Assembly: GCA_002483445.1 (NCBI GenBank)
Contig: DLHY01000152.1
Coordinates: 4,021-68,020 of the forward strand
DNA: 64,000 bases
Direction: 5' to 3'
Origin: Blastocatellia bacterium UBA7656
GTDB lineage: Bacteria; Acidobacteriota; Blastocatellia; UBA7656
Shown here: one piece after another, positions 46,977 to 56,080 of the stretch
Layout: each line of letters begins with the position of its first letter
How positions within the stretch are numbered: position 1 is the first letter of the stretch
Made by a program: the position numbers and the translations under genes
The notes under the pieces: model-generated
What the model saw: only the letters and a program-made list of their open reading frames with translations
Database searches by the model: none
Told to the model about the DNA's origin: nothing

Positions 46977-48491
46977 CCTCATAGTCATGATCGCGGCGAA
47001 TGTTTCGATGCCGTCCCACAGATTTTTTATCCGCACGTTCTCGTTTATCGAATGCTGATTGTTGTCGTGATTGACTATGGGAACGCCGATCTGAGGCGAG
47101 CCGGTTCCGCTTTCGAGGATGTAAAGCGGCACGCTGCCGCCAAGCGTGGGCGCAAGCACCAAATGCCCTCCCAGAGCCTGTTCCGTGGCGCGGATGATCT
47201 GCTGAGATATGGCAAGACCCATCGATGTTCGCACCGCGCGATATCCGTCCCTGCTCTCTACGCGAGCGATCAGCCCGTAGCGGAGGCGAGTCGCGCGATC
47301 AGGCTCTTCAGCGGTGACGAAGTAGCCCTGTTTTTTGATATGAGCGATGACGCGCTCGACCTGACGGCGCGGATCGATTCCCTTCACGAGTCGCATATCA
47401 ATCGTCGCCGTCGCTTCCGCGGGGATGATCGTCCGCGATTCTCTTCCGACATACTCCGAGCGGATGCCATCGATGTTGAGCGAAGGCTCATTCAAAAGTT
47501 CTGCCAGAGAGCGACCCCCTCCGTCTACTGCGGCAAGCCCGTACTCGCGCATAAGTTCAGCATCGTTGTCGGGCATATCTTTCAACGCTTTCTTTTCTTC
47601 TTCACCTAGAGGCTCCGCGTCCGCATAAAACCCGTCGATCAGCACGCGGCCCGCGTCATCTTTCATGCTGGCAAGCAATCGGGCCAATCGCATCGCCGGG
47701 TTGGGCGCCCAGTTGCCATAATGCCCGCTGTGCAGTCCTCTGTCCGGCCCGTAGACGGTGATCGTGGCAGTGACTACGCCGCGCACGCCGAAATAAATCA
47801 GCGGCTTTCGCGTCTGATGAACCGGCCCGTCAGCGCATATCCATGCATCAGCTTTGAGCAGCGCGGCGTTTCGCTTCACTATGTCTTCGAGATGCAAAGA
47901 CCCGGCTTCCTCTTCTCCCTCGAAGAGAAATTTAATATTCGAAGTTATCGCTTTGCTTGAAGCCTTGAGCGCGTCGAGGGCGATCATCAAAGCGATGATC
48001 GGAGCTTTGTCATCCGAAGCCGAGCGCGCATAAAGCCGCGCTTCAGGATCGACTTTTTCTCCCGCCTTTGGAAAATCGATCACGCGCCCGCCCGCTTCGA
48101 GAGGCTTGTCTCTCAAGACAGGTTTGAACGGATCAGAAGCCCACTTGGTTGGATCGGCTGCCTGTCCGTCGTAGTGCGCATAGAAACCCACGGTGCGAGT
48201 CGCGCCCTGAGTTTTGATCTCGCCGTAAACCGCGGGCGGCCCGTTGCCTTCGAGCAGTCGCGCTTCGACTCCCCGACGGCGCAACATATCAACGAGCCAG
48301 TCCGCATTGCGGCGAATGTTTACGGTGTCGTTGGCGTGATTAGGGATCGAAAGCAGTTCGACGAATTCGCGCAGGATTTCCGCTTCTTTCGATTCGCGAT
48401 AAGCGCGCACACTCGCAGTTTGAGCGGAAACATTAAAAAAGCTCGTGACTGACAGAGCTATCAGACAGACCGCCAGAACGGATTGCTTCAT
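46974..48491 (-). CDS. M20 family metallopeptidase (dipeptidase-like), secreted.
   Basis: Signal peptide; FYAHYDGQ, SASDDKAPIIALM, FLFEGEEEAGS M20 metal-binding/catalytic motifs. Confidence 0.85.
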   Translation of the reverse strand: MKQSVLAVCLIALSVTSFFNVSAQTASVRAYRESKEAEILREFVELLSIPNHANDTVNIRRNADWLVDMLRRRGVEARLLEGNGPPAVYGEIKTQGATRTVGFYAHYDGQAADPTKWASDPFKPVLRDKPLEAGGRVIDFPKAGEKVDPEARLYARSASDDKAPIIALMIALDALKASSKAITSNIKFLFEGEEEAGSLHLEDIVKRNAALLKADAWICADGPVHQTRKPLIYFGVRGVVTATITVYGPDRGLHSGHYGNWAPNPAMRLARLLASMKDDAGRVLIDGFYADAEPLGEEEKKALKDMPDNDAELMREYGLAAVDGGGRSLAELLNEPSLNIDGIRSEYVGRESRTIIPAEATATIDMRLVKGIDPRRQVERVIAHIKKQGYFVTAEEPDRATRLRYGLIARVESRDGYRAVRTSMGLAISQQIIRATEQALGGHLVLAPTLGGSVPLYILESGTGSPQIGVPIVNHDNNQHSINENVRIKNLWDGIETFAAIMTMR

Positions 48492-48735
48492 TCAGATACC
48501 TCCGAGACTTTTGGGAAGCTTGACGAAGAATAGCACTGTTGGATCGCTGCTGTCATTCAGGGCTGGAAAAATTCTCGTCTCGCGCATTGACAAGGCGAGT
48601 CTGTTCAGGGTATAAGGCAATGTTATCATAATCAATCGTTTGCAGGAGAAAAGTTAAGGTGATGCCTTAGCTGCTATTCAATGATTTTTTATCCAGCAAG
48701 CCCCACTGGTGTAAGTTCCGGTGAGGAAACGTCAG

Positions 48736-48986
48736 TGCCACAGAGTTTGAAAAAACGCGCAGCCGAGCTTGAACTCCGCGTCAAGGAACGAGCCGAACTG
48801 GTCAAAAAGGCGCTCAGGGAATACCGCGAGATCATGCGGGCCGCTTCGAGGGCCAAAGAAGGACGCCAGCGTGCGAGCGCGCGGCTCAACAAAAAGCGGC
48901 TCCACGTCGAGCGCGCCAACGCTGAGTACATTCAGCTTCAAAAGGAACTCGAACAAGTGCGAATGAGGCTGCAAGCCAGGAAGTGA
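48736..48986 (+). CDS. Small basic coiled-coil hypothetical protein (possible GTG start).
   Basis: GAGGAA SD then GTG; KKRAAELELRVKERAELVKKALREYREIMRAASRAKEG... No homology recognised; could be non-coding. Confidence 0.3.
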
Positions 48987-48991
48987 GATCA

Positions 48992-49095
48992 GGAGAGTGG
49001 GAGAGTGGGAGAATGGGAGATGAAGAGTCTTCGCTCCCACTCCCACACTCCCACACCCCCACACTCTTTCTTCCCCCACTCCCACTCTCCCATTC
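48992..49095. repeat. Microsatellite hairpin: GGGAGAGT/GGGAGAAT repeats vs ACTCCCAC/ACTCTCCC repeats, then a T-run.
   Basis: ggagagtgggagagtgggagaatgggagatg ... ctcccactcccacactcccacacccccacactc ... cccactcccactctcccattcttttg. Confidence 0.6.
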
Positions 49096-49225
49096 TTTTG
49101 TCAGCCCGAAAAGGAAATCGGCGCTGATTCTCAGGCTTCCGTGATGGCTGTCACTGATAAGAAGCGCAGCTTTATGTTACTACCTTTTTGTGCAGTGTGG
49201 GTCATAAGATAATAAGGAGACGAAT

Positions 49226-49549
49226 ATGATAAGCAAGCTTCTGAATTTTAGAAAACTGTTTCCCTTAGCGGCAGCCGCAATGCTCCTGTTTGCAGGCGCT
49301 GCCACCCCTCAGACTGAACGCAGTCAGTCAGGAGAGACTGCTATACAGGCAGGAGTGGTGAACGCGAAATCGCCAGCAGTGGATTTGAAAGCTGTTGGCA
49401 AAGAGGTGGCTCCGGGAGTGCTTGAAGTAGACCCCAATTCTGTTCGCGGCAAACGGCTCATAATCCCTCGCGGCAATCAAACAGCAAGATTCATCTGCAT
49501 TGGAAAATGGAAGAACGGCGAATGCAAAGGAATCTACATTGAGTGGTAG
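49226..49549 (+). CDS. Small secreted hypothetical protein (107 aa).
   Basis: TAAGGAG SD; signal peptide LFPLAAAAMLLFAGAATPQ; Cys pair near the C-terminus. Confidence 0.45.
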   Translation: MISKLLNFRKLFPLAAAAMLLFAGAATPQTERSQSGETAIQAGVVNAKSPAVDLKAVGKEVAPGVLEVDPNSVRGKRLIIPRGNQTARFICIGKWKNGECKGIYIEW

Positions 49550-49641
49550 ATGACTTCAATCGCCTGAAGTCTCGCATCAGCAGGGCCGCGCGTAACATTC
49601 AGCACGCGAAACTCACTTCGCGGCCCCTGCTGTATGCGTTG

Positions 49642-51780
49642 TTATTGTCGAATGAGCGCGGTGTTTTTAAGTATAGCGGCTTCGAGTATGCGCGCCTGGT
49701 GGCTTGCTCTCACCCAGTTGCCGTTTTCTACGGCTTCCGTCAGCGCAGGCAATTCAAGATGAGCGTAGGTGTAGCGGGCAGCGTAAAGCAGATGCTTGAA
49801 CCACGGACGGTCAGGTATGCCTCGCGCGTAAAGCCAGTTCGATTCGAATTGAAAGATGCGCCGGTTGATGTTTTTCAACTGCAACCGGTTCAACTGACCT
49901 GACGCGAGTTTCGCTTCCACGTCTAGTTTGAATCCTTCGGCAGCGGCTTTCATTTCACGTATGCGTCGAAAGACGCCGGAAAGGTCAAGATACCTTTTCG
50001 CATCTTCGCGGCGGGCGATCTCTTCGACGAACTCACGGAGCTTGTCCGAATAAAAAACGAAATCGAATGGCAGTATGTCGGCATTGGCCAATCGCAGGGT
50101 GAGCGCGCCCCAGTAAACACTCATCAGCGCGTGATAGCGAAATTCGGGATCGCCTATGTTCGTCATCCAGTAGTGATTGTCGTACATCGAATGATACACG
50201 CCGTAAGGCCCGTCGAAGGTCAGCCCGACGGTCGGGCGTCCGAGGTGATTGAGAAAAACCGTGTGATCCGAGCCGCTGCCTATTCTCACATCGACAAGTT
50301 CATCGTCGCTGATTTCTTTCTCCTCGCCTTTTTCTTTTCGCTCGCGGTTGATCGAATCTTTCCACTCTTCATAAAGGCTGCGGCCTGAAGGCGCATCAAT
50401 CGAACGGCTCATTTCGACTATCAAAGGCGCGAGCGAGGCGACAGCAGACGGGCGAAAGTTCGGCCCTGACACCGAGGAATCGACGTTGATGTAGGCGACC
50501 ATTTTTTGTTTGATCTCTGAAGCGAAATGCTCGCCCCATTCGGTCGAGCCGGTAAGGGCCACCTCTTCTCCATCCCAACTGCAAACAACTATGCTTCGAC
50601 GAGGACGGATGCCCTGACGTTTCAATTCGCCCAGAGCGCGAGTCATCTCCATCATCGAAGCCGTTCCGCTCGACGGGTCTACGCCGCCGAATTCCCATGC
50701 GTCGCGATGATTGCCCAGCACTATCCATTCATCAGGCAGTTCAGACCCTCGCAGTCGCGCTTCGACCACGTAGTTGGGTTTTATGCCGTTGTCCATATCG
50801 ACTTTGAGATGGACGCGCACAGCTTTTCCGCCCAGTCGATATTTGATGGGAAGTCCGCCCTGCCATTCGCGCGGAGCTTCAGGGCCGTCCATATTTTCCA
50901 GCAATGGCCGCGCATCGCGCCAAGACATCGGAAGCGCGATTATTTTCGGAACGGAGCGCGCCTGTTTCGGAGATATGCGTTTTGCGCCCGGAACCGATGG
51001 CCAGCCCGGAGTGAGCGGGTCGCCTGCGACCAGAAAATCATAAGTGATCGCGCCGCGTTGAATATGGCTTTCCGGCCCCCACGGGCCATCGGGGAAAACT
51101 TTGCCGCGCTTGTATCCGTCTTCCGCAGGATCGGAATAAATGATGATCGCGGAGGCTCCTTCGCGCTCTGCCGTGAGAGCTTTGAATCCGCGATAGCTGT
51201 ACGGATTGGAATATCGGACGAGAACTATTTTGCCCCGCACATCGATGCCATGCTTTCTGAGCAACTCGTAATCTTCCGGGTTGCCGCTGTGCGCATAGAC
51301 TACGGGCGCGGTGACTTCGCCCGATGCGGACATTCCGGTGAATGCTGACCTCACGCGGGGGTTTTTCGTGTCGGGGTCTACGTCGTAAGCGTCTTCGCGC
51401 AGGCTCGCTTTGTAATAAACAGGCGCGATCATTTCAGCCATAACAGAGCGTGGGTGAGTGTCCATCACGTCGTAGCGATGGAGGCGAACATCTTCCCATC
51501 CCTGTTGTTTCCAAAGTTGAGCGATGTGACGGGCAAGCTCGTTGTTGCGCGGAGAGCCTGCCGGGTGAGGCTCGGCGGTGAAGAAGCGATGATGACGGCG
51601 GGCCTCCTCTGCTGACGGAAGTCGTTTGTATTTTTCTTCGATCTCTTTTTGCCTGGAGGCAGAGCGCGGAGAGAATCCCGTCATTCGTTCCTGCATCGTT
51701 GCGACAGGCGGCGCGAGTATCGCCGCGATCATCGCAAGGCCGCAAACGAAAAGCGGCCAGCTTCTTCGAGCGATTTTCAT
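49642..51780 (-). CDS. M28 family peptidase of the glutamate carboxypeptidase II / transferrin-receptor-like type (PA + M28 + TFR-dimerisation domains).
   Basis: Strong overall similarity pattern to PSMA/NAALADase-like proteins: FTAEPHPAGSPRNNELARHIAQ, VVYAHSGNPEDYELL, HRDAWEFGGVDPSSGTASMMEM, C-terminal helical dimerisation region. Confidence 0.85.
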   Translation of the reverse strand: MKIARRSWPLFVCGLAMIAAILAPPVATMQERMTGFSPRSASRQKEIEEKYKRLPSAEEARRHHRFFTAEPHPAGSPRNNELARHIAQLWKQQGWEDVRLHRYDVMDTHPRSVMAEMIAPVYYKASLREDAYDVDPDTKNPRVRSAFTGMSASGEVTAPVVYAHSGNPEDYELLRKHGIDVRGKIVLVRYSNPYSYRGFKALTAEREGASAIIIYSDPAEDGYKRGKVFPDGPWGPESHIQRGAITYDFLVAGDPLTPGWPSVPGAKRISPKQARSVPKIIALPMSWRDARPLLENMDGPEAPREWQGGLPIKYRLGGKAVRVHLKVDMDNGIKPNYVVEARLRGSELPDEWIVLGNHRDAWEFGGVDPSSGTASMMEMTRALGELKRQGIRPRRSIVVCSWDGEEVALTGSTEWGEHFASEIKQKMVAYINVDSSVSGPNFRPSAVASLAPLIVEMSRSIDAPSGRSLYEEWKDSINRERKEKGEEKEISDDELVDVRIGSGSDHTVFLNHLGRPTVGLTFDGPYGVYHSMYDNHYWMTNIGDPEFRYHALMSVYWGALTLRLANADILPFDFVFYSDKLREFVEEIARREDAKRYLDLSGVFRRIREMKAAAEGFKLDVEAKLASGQLNRLQLKNINRRIFQFESNWLYARGIPDRPWFKHLLYAARYTYAHLELPALTEAVENGNWVRASHQARILEAAILKNTALIRQ

Positions 51781-51795
51781 CAGCTTCTCCTTCGC

Positions 51796-52539
51796 TCACT
51801 TCACAGCGACGGCCAGCGTGTCGTGATGCTTGTAGATGAGGGTTCGCAGGTAAGGGCCGATTCTCGTTGCGCCTTCGAATCCGGCTGCTCTCGCTGCGGC
51901 TTCCTGATCTTTTTCCGCGATGTCGGCGCTCTCGGCATAGTGCTTCAGATCGCGATAAAATCCGAGCGTGAACAAATCCCACCCCGCGCCCTGATCGCGC
52001 ACGAAGATGAAATTTTCCGGCCTGTGCAGCGCGCGCTGATAAGCGTTTTCCATCTCGCGTTCTCGATAAAGCTCCGCTTGACGACCGGGCAGAGCATGAA
52101 ATATTTCGAGATGAAAGAAAGCCGCTTTCGCAAACGCAGCGCGCAGATCAACGAGCGGCGGGCCGTAGACGAACAAATCTTCCTGCCACGCAATGCACTC
52201 CTTGAATCGGGCTGAGAATTTCTGATCGGCCTCTTTTCTTTTCGCCATCCGGTCAGCGCGATAGTATTCCGTGTAGCTCGCAACGGGGAACAGGAGCATC
52301 AAGTCCCATTGATCGCCCTGAGAGTGACGAATCCACATGGGCGGCTCATCTCCGACAGTCGCATAAACGGGCATTCGCGATTTGTAGAGATCGATCAATT
52401 CGAGAAGTTTACCCGGCGCTGCCTGCACGAACCGGGCTTGATAGAGAAAGGTTTCTTTCTGCTGCGCTCTTGCGGGCGCGTTACTGAAAATCAAAAAGGC
52501 AAATGCTATGAGCAGCGCAATCGCTTTGATCAATTTCAT
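51796..52539 (-). CDS. Secreted hypothetical protein with two tandem ~100-aa repeats (possibly dimeric alpha/beta-barrel ABM/Dabb-like).
   Basis: ATG 52539 with GGAGGAG SD; signal peptide; halves align (FLYQARF...WDLMLLF... vs AFFHLEIF...WDLFTLGF...). Confidence 0.45.
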   Translation of the reverse strand: MKLIKAIALLIAFAFLIFSNAPARAQQKETFLYQARFVQAAPGKLLELIDLYKSRMPVYATVGDEPPMWIRHSQGDQWDLMLLFPVASYTEYYRADRMAKRKEADQKFSARFKECIAWQEDLFVYGPPLVDLRAAFAKAAFFHLEIFHALPGRQAELYREREMENAYQRALHRPENFIFVRDQGAGWDLFTLGFYRDLKHYAESADIAEKDQEAAARAAGFEGATRIGPYLRTLIYKHHDTLAVAVK

Positions 52540-52559
52540 CTCTCCTCCATTGTCAGCCT

Positions 52560-53375
52560 CTAGGGAACAGAGGCGCGGCGCAGTTCTTCTATATCGTCGA
52601 GTATGCCTTTGACAAGGGCTTCGGTCACTATTCGGCCTTTCTCGCGCGTGGCCAGCGTTGCGTCGCCCCACACGCCAGAAGGCGAATAGGTTCCTTCGCC
52701 GTTCGGATTGCGCGTCAGCCTTCCCTGTCCCGGTCGATAATCCTTCACCGCCTTTTTCATATCGACTGATTTCGGATCCATGTAAAGGATCATCGAGGTT
52801 TCTATTTCGTCGGCGTGCGTGCCGCCTTCCTGCTTCGCTATCTGTTTTTCGACCGGCCCTGTGATTTTCAGCAAATCGGTGAAGCGCATCACTATGCCGT
52901 CCGAGGCGAGAAGTTCGACAGCAGGGCGGAGGGCGCGCACCGTAGAGACTCCGGTGTTGAGTATGTAAAACCTTCGCGGCCCATGTCGCGCGAGGCTGCG
53001 ACAGATGTCGACTATCATATCGCGCGCCGTTTCCATCCTTAGAGTCGTCGAGCCGGGATACTCTACGAACGCCGGATAAAAACTGTAATTGACAGTCGGC
53101 GCGATGACCGCGTTCGAGGCTTTAAGCACGCGCCGCTTGAGATACTCGGCCAGTATCAGATCGTTTTTCAACTTGAGGTGCGGCCCGTGTTCTTTGGCCG
53201 CCGCGCCGAGCGGTATGACCACAACGGTGTCGCGTGTTAAAACTTTTTCAGCTTCAAGCCATGTGAAGTCTTCAAGCAGTATGCCTTTGTTCTTCGTTTG
53301 TCCGCGCGCTGCGATAATGCAAGCAAGAAGCGCGATGATGAGGAAAAGTTTTTTCACAGATGCACCTCCGATCAA
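52560..53375 (-). CDS. Creatininase family protein (creatinine amidohydrolase-like), secreted.
   Basis: VVVIPLGAAAKEHGPHLKLKNDLILAEYL and GGTHADEIETSMIL motifs typical of the creatininase family. Confidence 0.8.
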   Translation of the reverse strand: MIGGASVKKLFLIIALLACIIAARGQTKNKGILLEDFTWLEAEKVLTRDTVVVIPLGAAAKEHGPHLKLKNDLILAEYLKRRVLKASNAVIAPTVNYSFYPAFVEYPGSTTLRMETARDMIVDICRSLARHGPRRFYILNTGVSTVRALRPAVELLASDGIVMRFTDLLKITGPVEKQIAKQEGGTHADEIETSMILYMDPKSVDMKKAVKDYRPGQGRLTRNPNGEGTYSPSGVWGDATLATREKGRIVTEALVKGILDDIEELRRASVP

Positions 53376-54455
53376 TCGAAACCTACAAACACAGGCTCCA
53401 CGTCGAGCGCGATTCCGAAGCGATCCCGCACGCGCGATTTTATCTCTTCCGCAAGATGGAGGACTTCGCGCGCTGTGCCGCCGCCGCGATTGACTATCGC
53501 AAGCGCGTGCTTAGTTGAAATCCCCACGTTGCCATGCTCGTGTCCTTTTTCAAATCCGGCCTGCTCTATGAGCCACGCTGCCGAAAGTTTTATTCTGTCT
53601 CCAGATGGAAAAGCGGGCATCTTCTCCGTATCGGATATGAAACTTGAGGCGCGACTTCTGATTTCTTCATACTCGCCGGGAGTGACGACGGGGTTGACGA
53701 AAAACGAGCCGACGCTTCGTGAATCTGTGTCCGCCGGATCGATGACCATAGCCTTGCGCCGACGTATGGCGATGACCGCTTCGCGCACCTCCGCGAGCGA
53801 AGGAGAAGAAATTCCGCGCTCAGCAAAATATCGCTCAAGCTCCGCGTATCGAATCGCCGGCTTGCCCTGTACTCTGAGGCGATATTCGACTTGGGTTATG
53901 ATGAAGCGACTGTGATCCTGCCTTTTGAAACGCGAAGCGCGATAGCCGAACTGGCACTCGTCGCGACTGATCTCTGTGATTTCGCCTGTCACGAGATCGA
54001 TTGCCGAAAGTCGCTTCATCGTCTCGCTTATCTCCTGCCCGTAAGCGCCGACGTTTTGAATGGGCGTGGCTCCGACGCTGCCCGGTATGCCTGAAAGACA
54101 TTCGAATCCGGCGAGTTGGCTCGCCACACAAAGCGCGACCAGATCATCCCACTCTTCGCCCGCGCCCGCCTTGACCGTAGCCCACTCGCCGCTTGTCTCG
54201 ATGCTTATGCCTTTTACTGCAACGCGAAGTACGAGTCCGCGAAAGCCGCTGTCCGAGATGACGATGTTGCTGCCGCCGCCGAGAATCAGTAGCGGAAGGC
54301 GCTGCTCTCGCGCCCAGCGGACGCCCGCTTGCAGGCATTCGATTGAGCCAGCCTCGCAGAAAAATCGCGCCGCGCCGCCCAGGCCCAGAGTCGTGAAGCG
54401 GGCAAGCTGCTCATTTTCCCGCAGCGATTTTTCGAACTCAAGGTTAGTGTTTTGC
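53372..54455 (-). CDS. murB: UDP-N-acetylenolpyruvoylglucosamine reductase.
   Basis: FAD-binding FTTLGLGGAARFF...LLILGGGSNIV and catalytic region RFGYRASRFK, SVGSFFVNPV. The upstream ~35 aa of the ORF-track version overlaps the divergent hydrolase gene; a TTG start near 54455 is more plausible. Confidence 0.8.
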
Positions 54456-54512
54456 AAGCTCAACAGCCTACATTGTCCGCCTCGATCAAGTCCAGTTATG
54501 ATGCGATTCACA

Positions 54513-55214
54513 ATGGCGGAAAAACTGTCGATACATATCAACGACGATGACATCGTCACAGGATCGATTTATTTTGCGACTCCGCGCAAACGAAAGCGAG
54601 CGACGCTTCTGCTCGGACACGGAGCGGGCGCGAATCAGCAGAGCGAATTCATGGTGAGTTTCGCTCGCGGGCTTGCTTTGCGTGGAATCGATGCGGTCAC
54701 TTTCAATTTTCTCTACACAGAGCGGAGCCGCCGCGCGCCCGACCGAAACGATAAACTTGAAAGCTGTTACATGTCCGCGATTGATTCGGTCCGCGGTCAC
54801 AAAAAACTCAAGGGCAACAAATTGTTGATCGGCGGAAAATCCATGGGCGGGCGCATAGCCTCGCAGGTCGCGGCTTCAGGAGTTGAAGTTTCAGGATTGA
54901 TCTTTCTCGGCTATCCGCTCCATCCTCCTGGCAAACCCGAAGCGACGCGCGATGCGCATCTCGCGCTCGTCCGTTCGCCGATGCTTTTCCTTCAGGGCGA
55001 GCGAGATGCTTTCGGCACATCGGAAGAAATCTCCCGCATGATAAAACGGCTCAAGCTCGATGCAAGAATTTATCCGGTAGAGGGCGGCGATCATTCTTTT
55101 ACGGTTCCGAAAAGCCGGGGCATATCCGAGGAAGAAATTTTCCGGCTCGCTGAGGATGAAATCGCGCGATGGGTGGACGAGTTGATTCGAAATGAAAAAG
55201 GAAGCGGGAAATGA
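54513..55214 (+). CDS. Alpha/beta-hydrolase fold protein (dienelactone-hydrolase-like).
   Basis: ATG 54513. TLLLGHGAGANQQSEFM...LLIGGKSMGGRIASQV (GxSxG nucleophile elbow)...GERDAFG...GGDHSF (Asp/His). Confidence 0.7.
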   Translation: MAEKLSIHINDDDIVTGSIYFATPRKRKRATLLLGHGAGANQQSEFMVSFARGLALRGIDAVTFNFLYTERSRRAPDRNDKLESCYMSAIDSVRGHKKLKGNKLLIGGKSMGGRIASQVAASGVEVSGLIFLGYPLHPPGKPEATRDAHLALVRSPMLFLQGERDAFGTSEEISRMIKRLKLDARIYPVEGGDHSFTVPKSRGISEEEIFRLAEDEIARWVDELIRNEKGSGK

Positions 55215-55246
55215 TCCCGCTTCCCTGAAGCTTTCGCTGATGATTT

Positions 55247-55798
55247 TTACTGTCCGACGATATCGCCCTTGAGCGATCCGAGGATGGTGAGCAGTTCAGT
55301 CTTTTCGGCCTCAGGCACGTTGAATTTGTCGAGCGCCTTGACGAGGTCTTCGACCAGCGCGGTGAAATCGGCATCGGTTATGCCCATGCCCTTGTGAGAG
55401 GTCTTCATATCCTTGCCCTTGTATTTGCAGCGACCGCCGGTGGCCGAGCAAATCTGAGCGACAAGATTATCCTTGAGAGCCTGAAGACGGGCCGGGTTGG
55501 CGACTGTATCGGCGAAGAATTTGTTGATGCGGTTATCAGCGCCTACGACGTTGATGAATTCGTCTACGACTGCCGTTATCGCCTTCTTGCCTCCGAGTCT
55601 GGTGTAAAGCGTTTTCTTCTTGGAAGATTTGCCTTCCTTCATCTTGTCGTCCGACTTCATCTTGTCGTCCGACTTCATCTCTTTTTCTTCGGACTTCTTC
55701 TTGTCTTTGTCTTTCTGCATCGCGAATGACGATGCAACGCTGAATGATCCCATTGCCAGCATTGCTGCGATTGCGATTGCGGTCAAAGTCTTGCGCAT
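55247..55798 (-). CDS. Truncated haemoglobin (group I trHbN-like) with N-terminal signal peptide and a Lys/Asp-rich low-complexity linker.
   Basis: Signal MRKTLTAIAIAAMLAMGSFSVASSFA. KDKDKKKSEEKEMKSDDKMKSDDKMKEGKSSKKK linker (21-bp tandem DNA repeat). Globin core TLYTRLGGKKAITAVVDEFINVVGADNRINKFF...HKGMGITDADFTALVEDLVKALDKFNVPE. Confidence 0.75.
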   Translation of the reverse strand: MRKTLTAIAIAAMLAMGSFSVASSFAMQKDKDKKKSEEKEMKSDDKMKSDDKMKEGKSSKKKTLYTRLGGKKAITAVVDEFINVVGADNRINKFFADTVANPARLQALKDNLVAQICSATGGRCKYKGKDMKTSHKGMGITDADFTALVEDLVKALDKFNVPEAEKTELLTILGSLKGDIVGQ

Positions 55799-56080
55799 AA
55801 GCTGATCCTTCCTTTCTTACGAGTTAAAGAAGAGCGGCTCTGTCAGCGCCGCTTTTGTGATTGGTTCGAATTGATTTTGAACAGTGAGGCTCAGGGATTA
55901 CCAACCGGGCGAATCCGAAAGCAAACTGTTAAGTATAATGCCATAAGCGCGCCAACTCCGGGGCTGCGATTTTATCAGCCTCCCACGAGGCGCGCAATGA
56001 GCAATACGGAGTGAAACTTTACGGGTTAAAAGCCTCAAACCCCTATTACGCGCCCGCCGACGGATGTGGATTTTATCGGA

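Noticed and set aside
54060-55214. 384-aa long form of the alpha/beta-hydrolase ORF.
   Set aside because: The N-terminal 151 aa are antisense to murB and Ser/Pro/Arg-rich. The hydrolase fold starts at MAEKLSIHI (54513).
55800-56080. Possible small RNA/terminator (AGCGGCTCTGTCAGCGCCGCTTTTG hairpin) between the globin and permease genes.
   Set aside because: Hairpin orientation (U-tract on +) does not match either flanking minus-strand gene; too weak to call.
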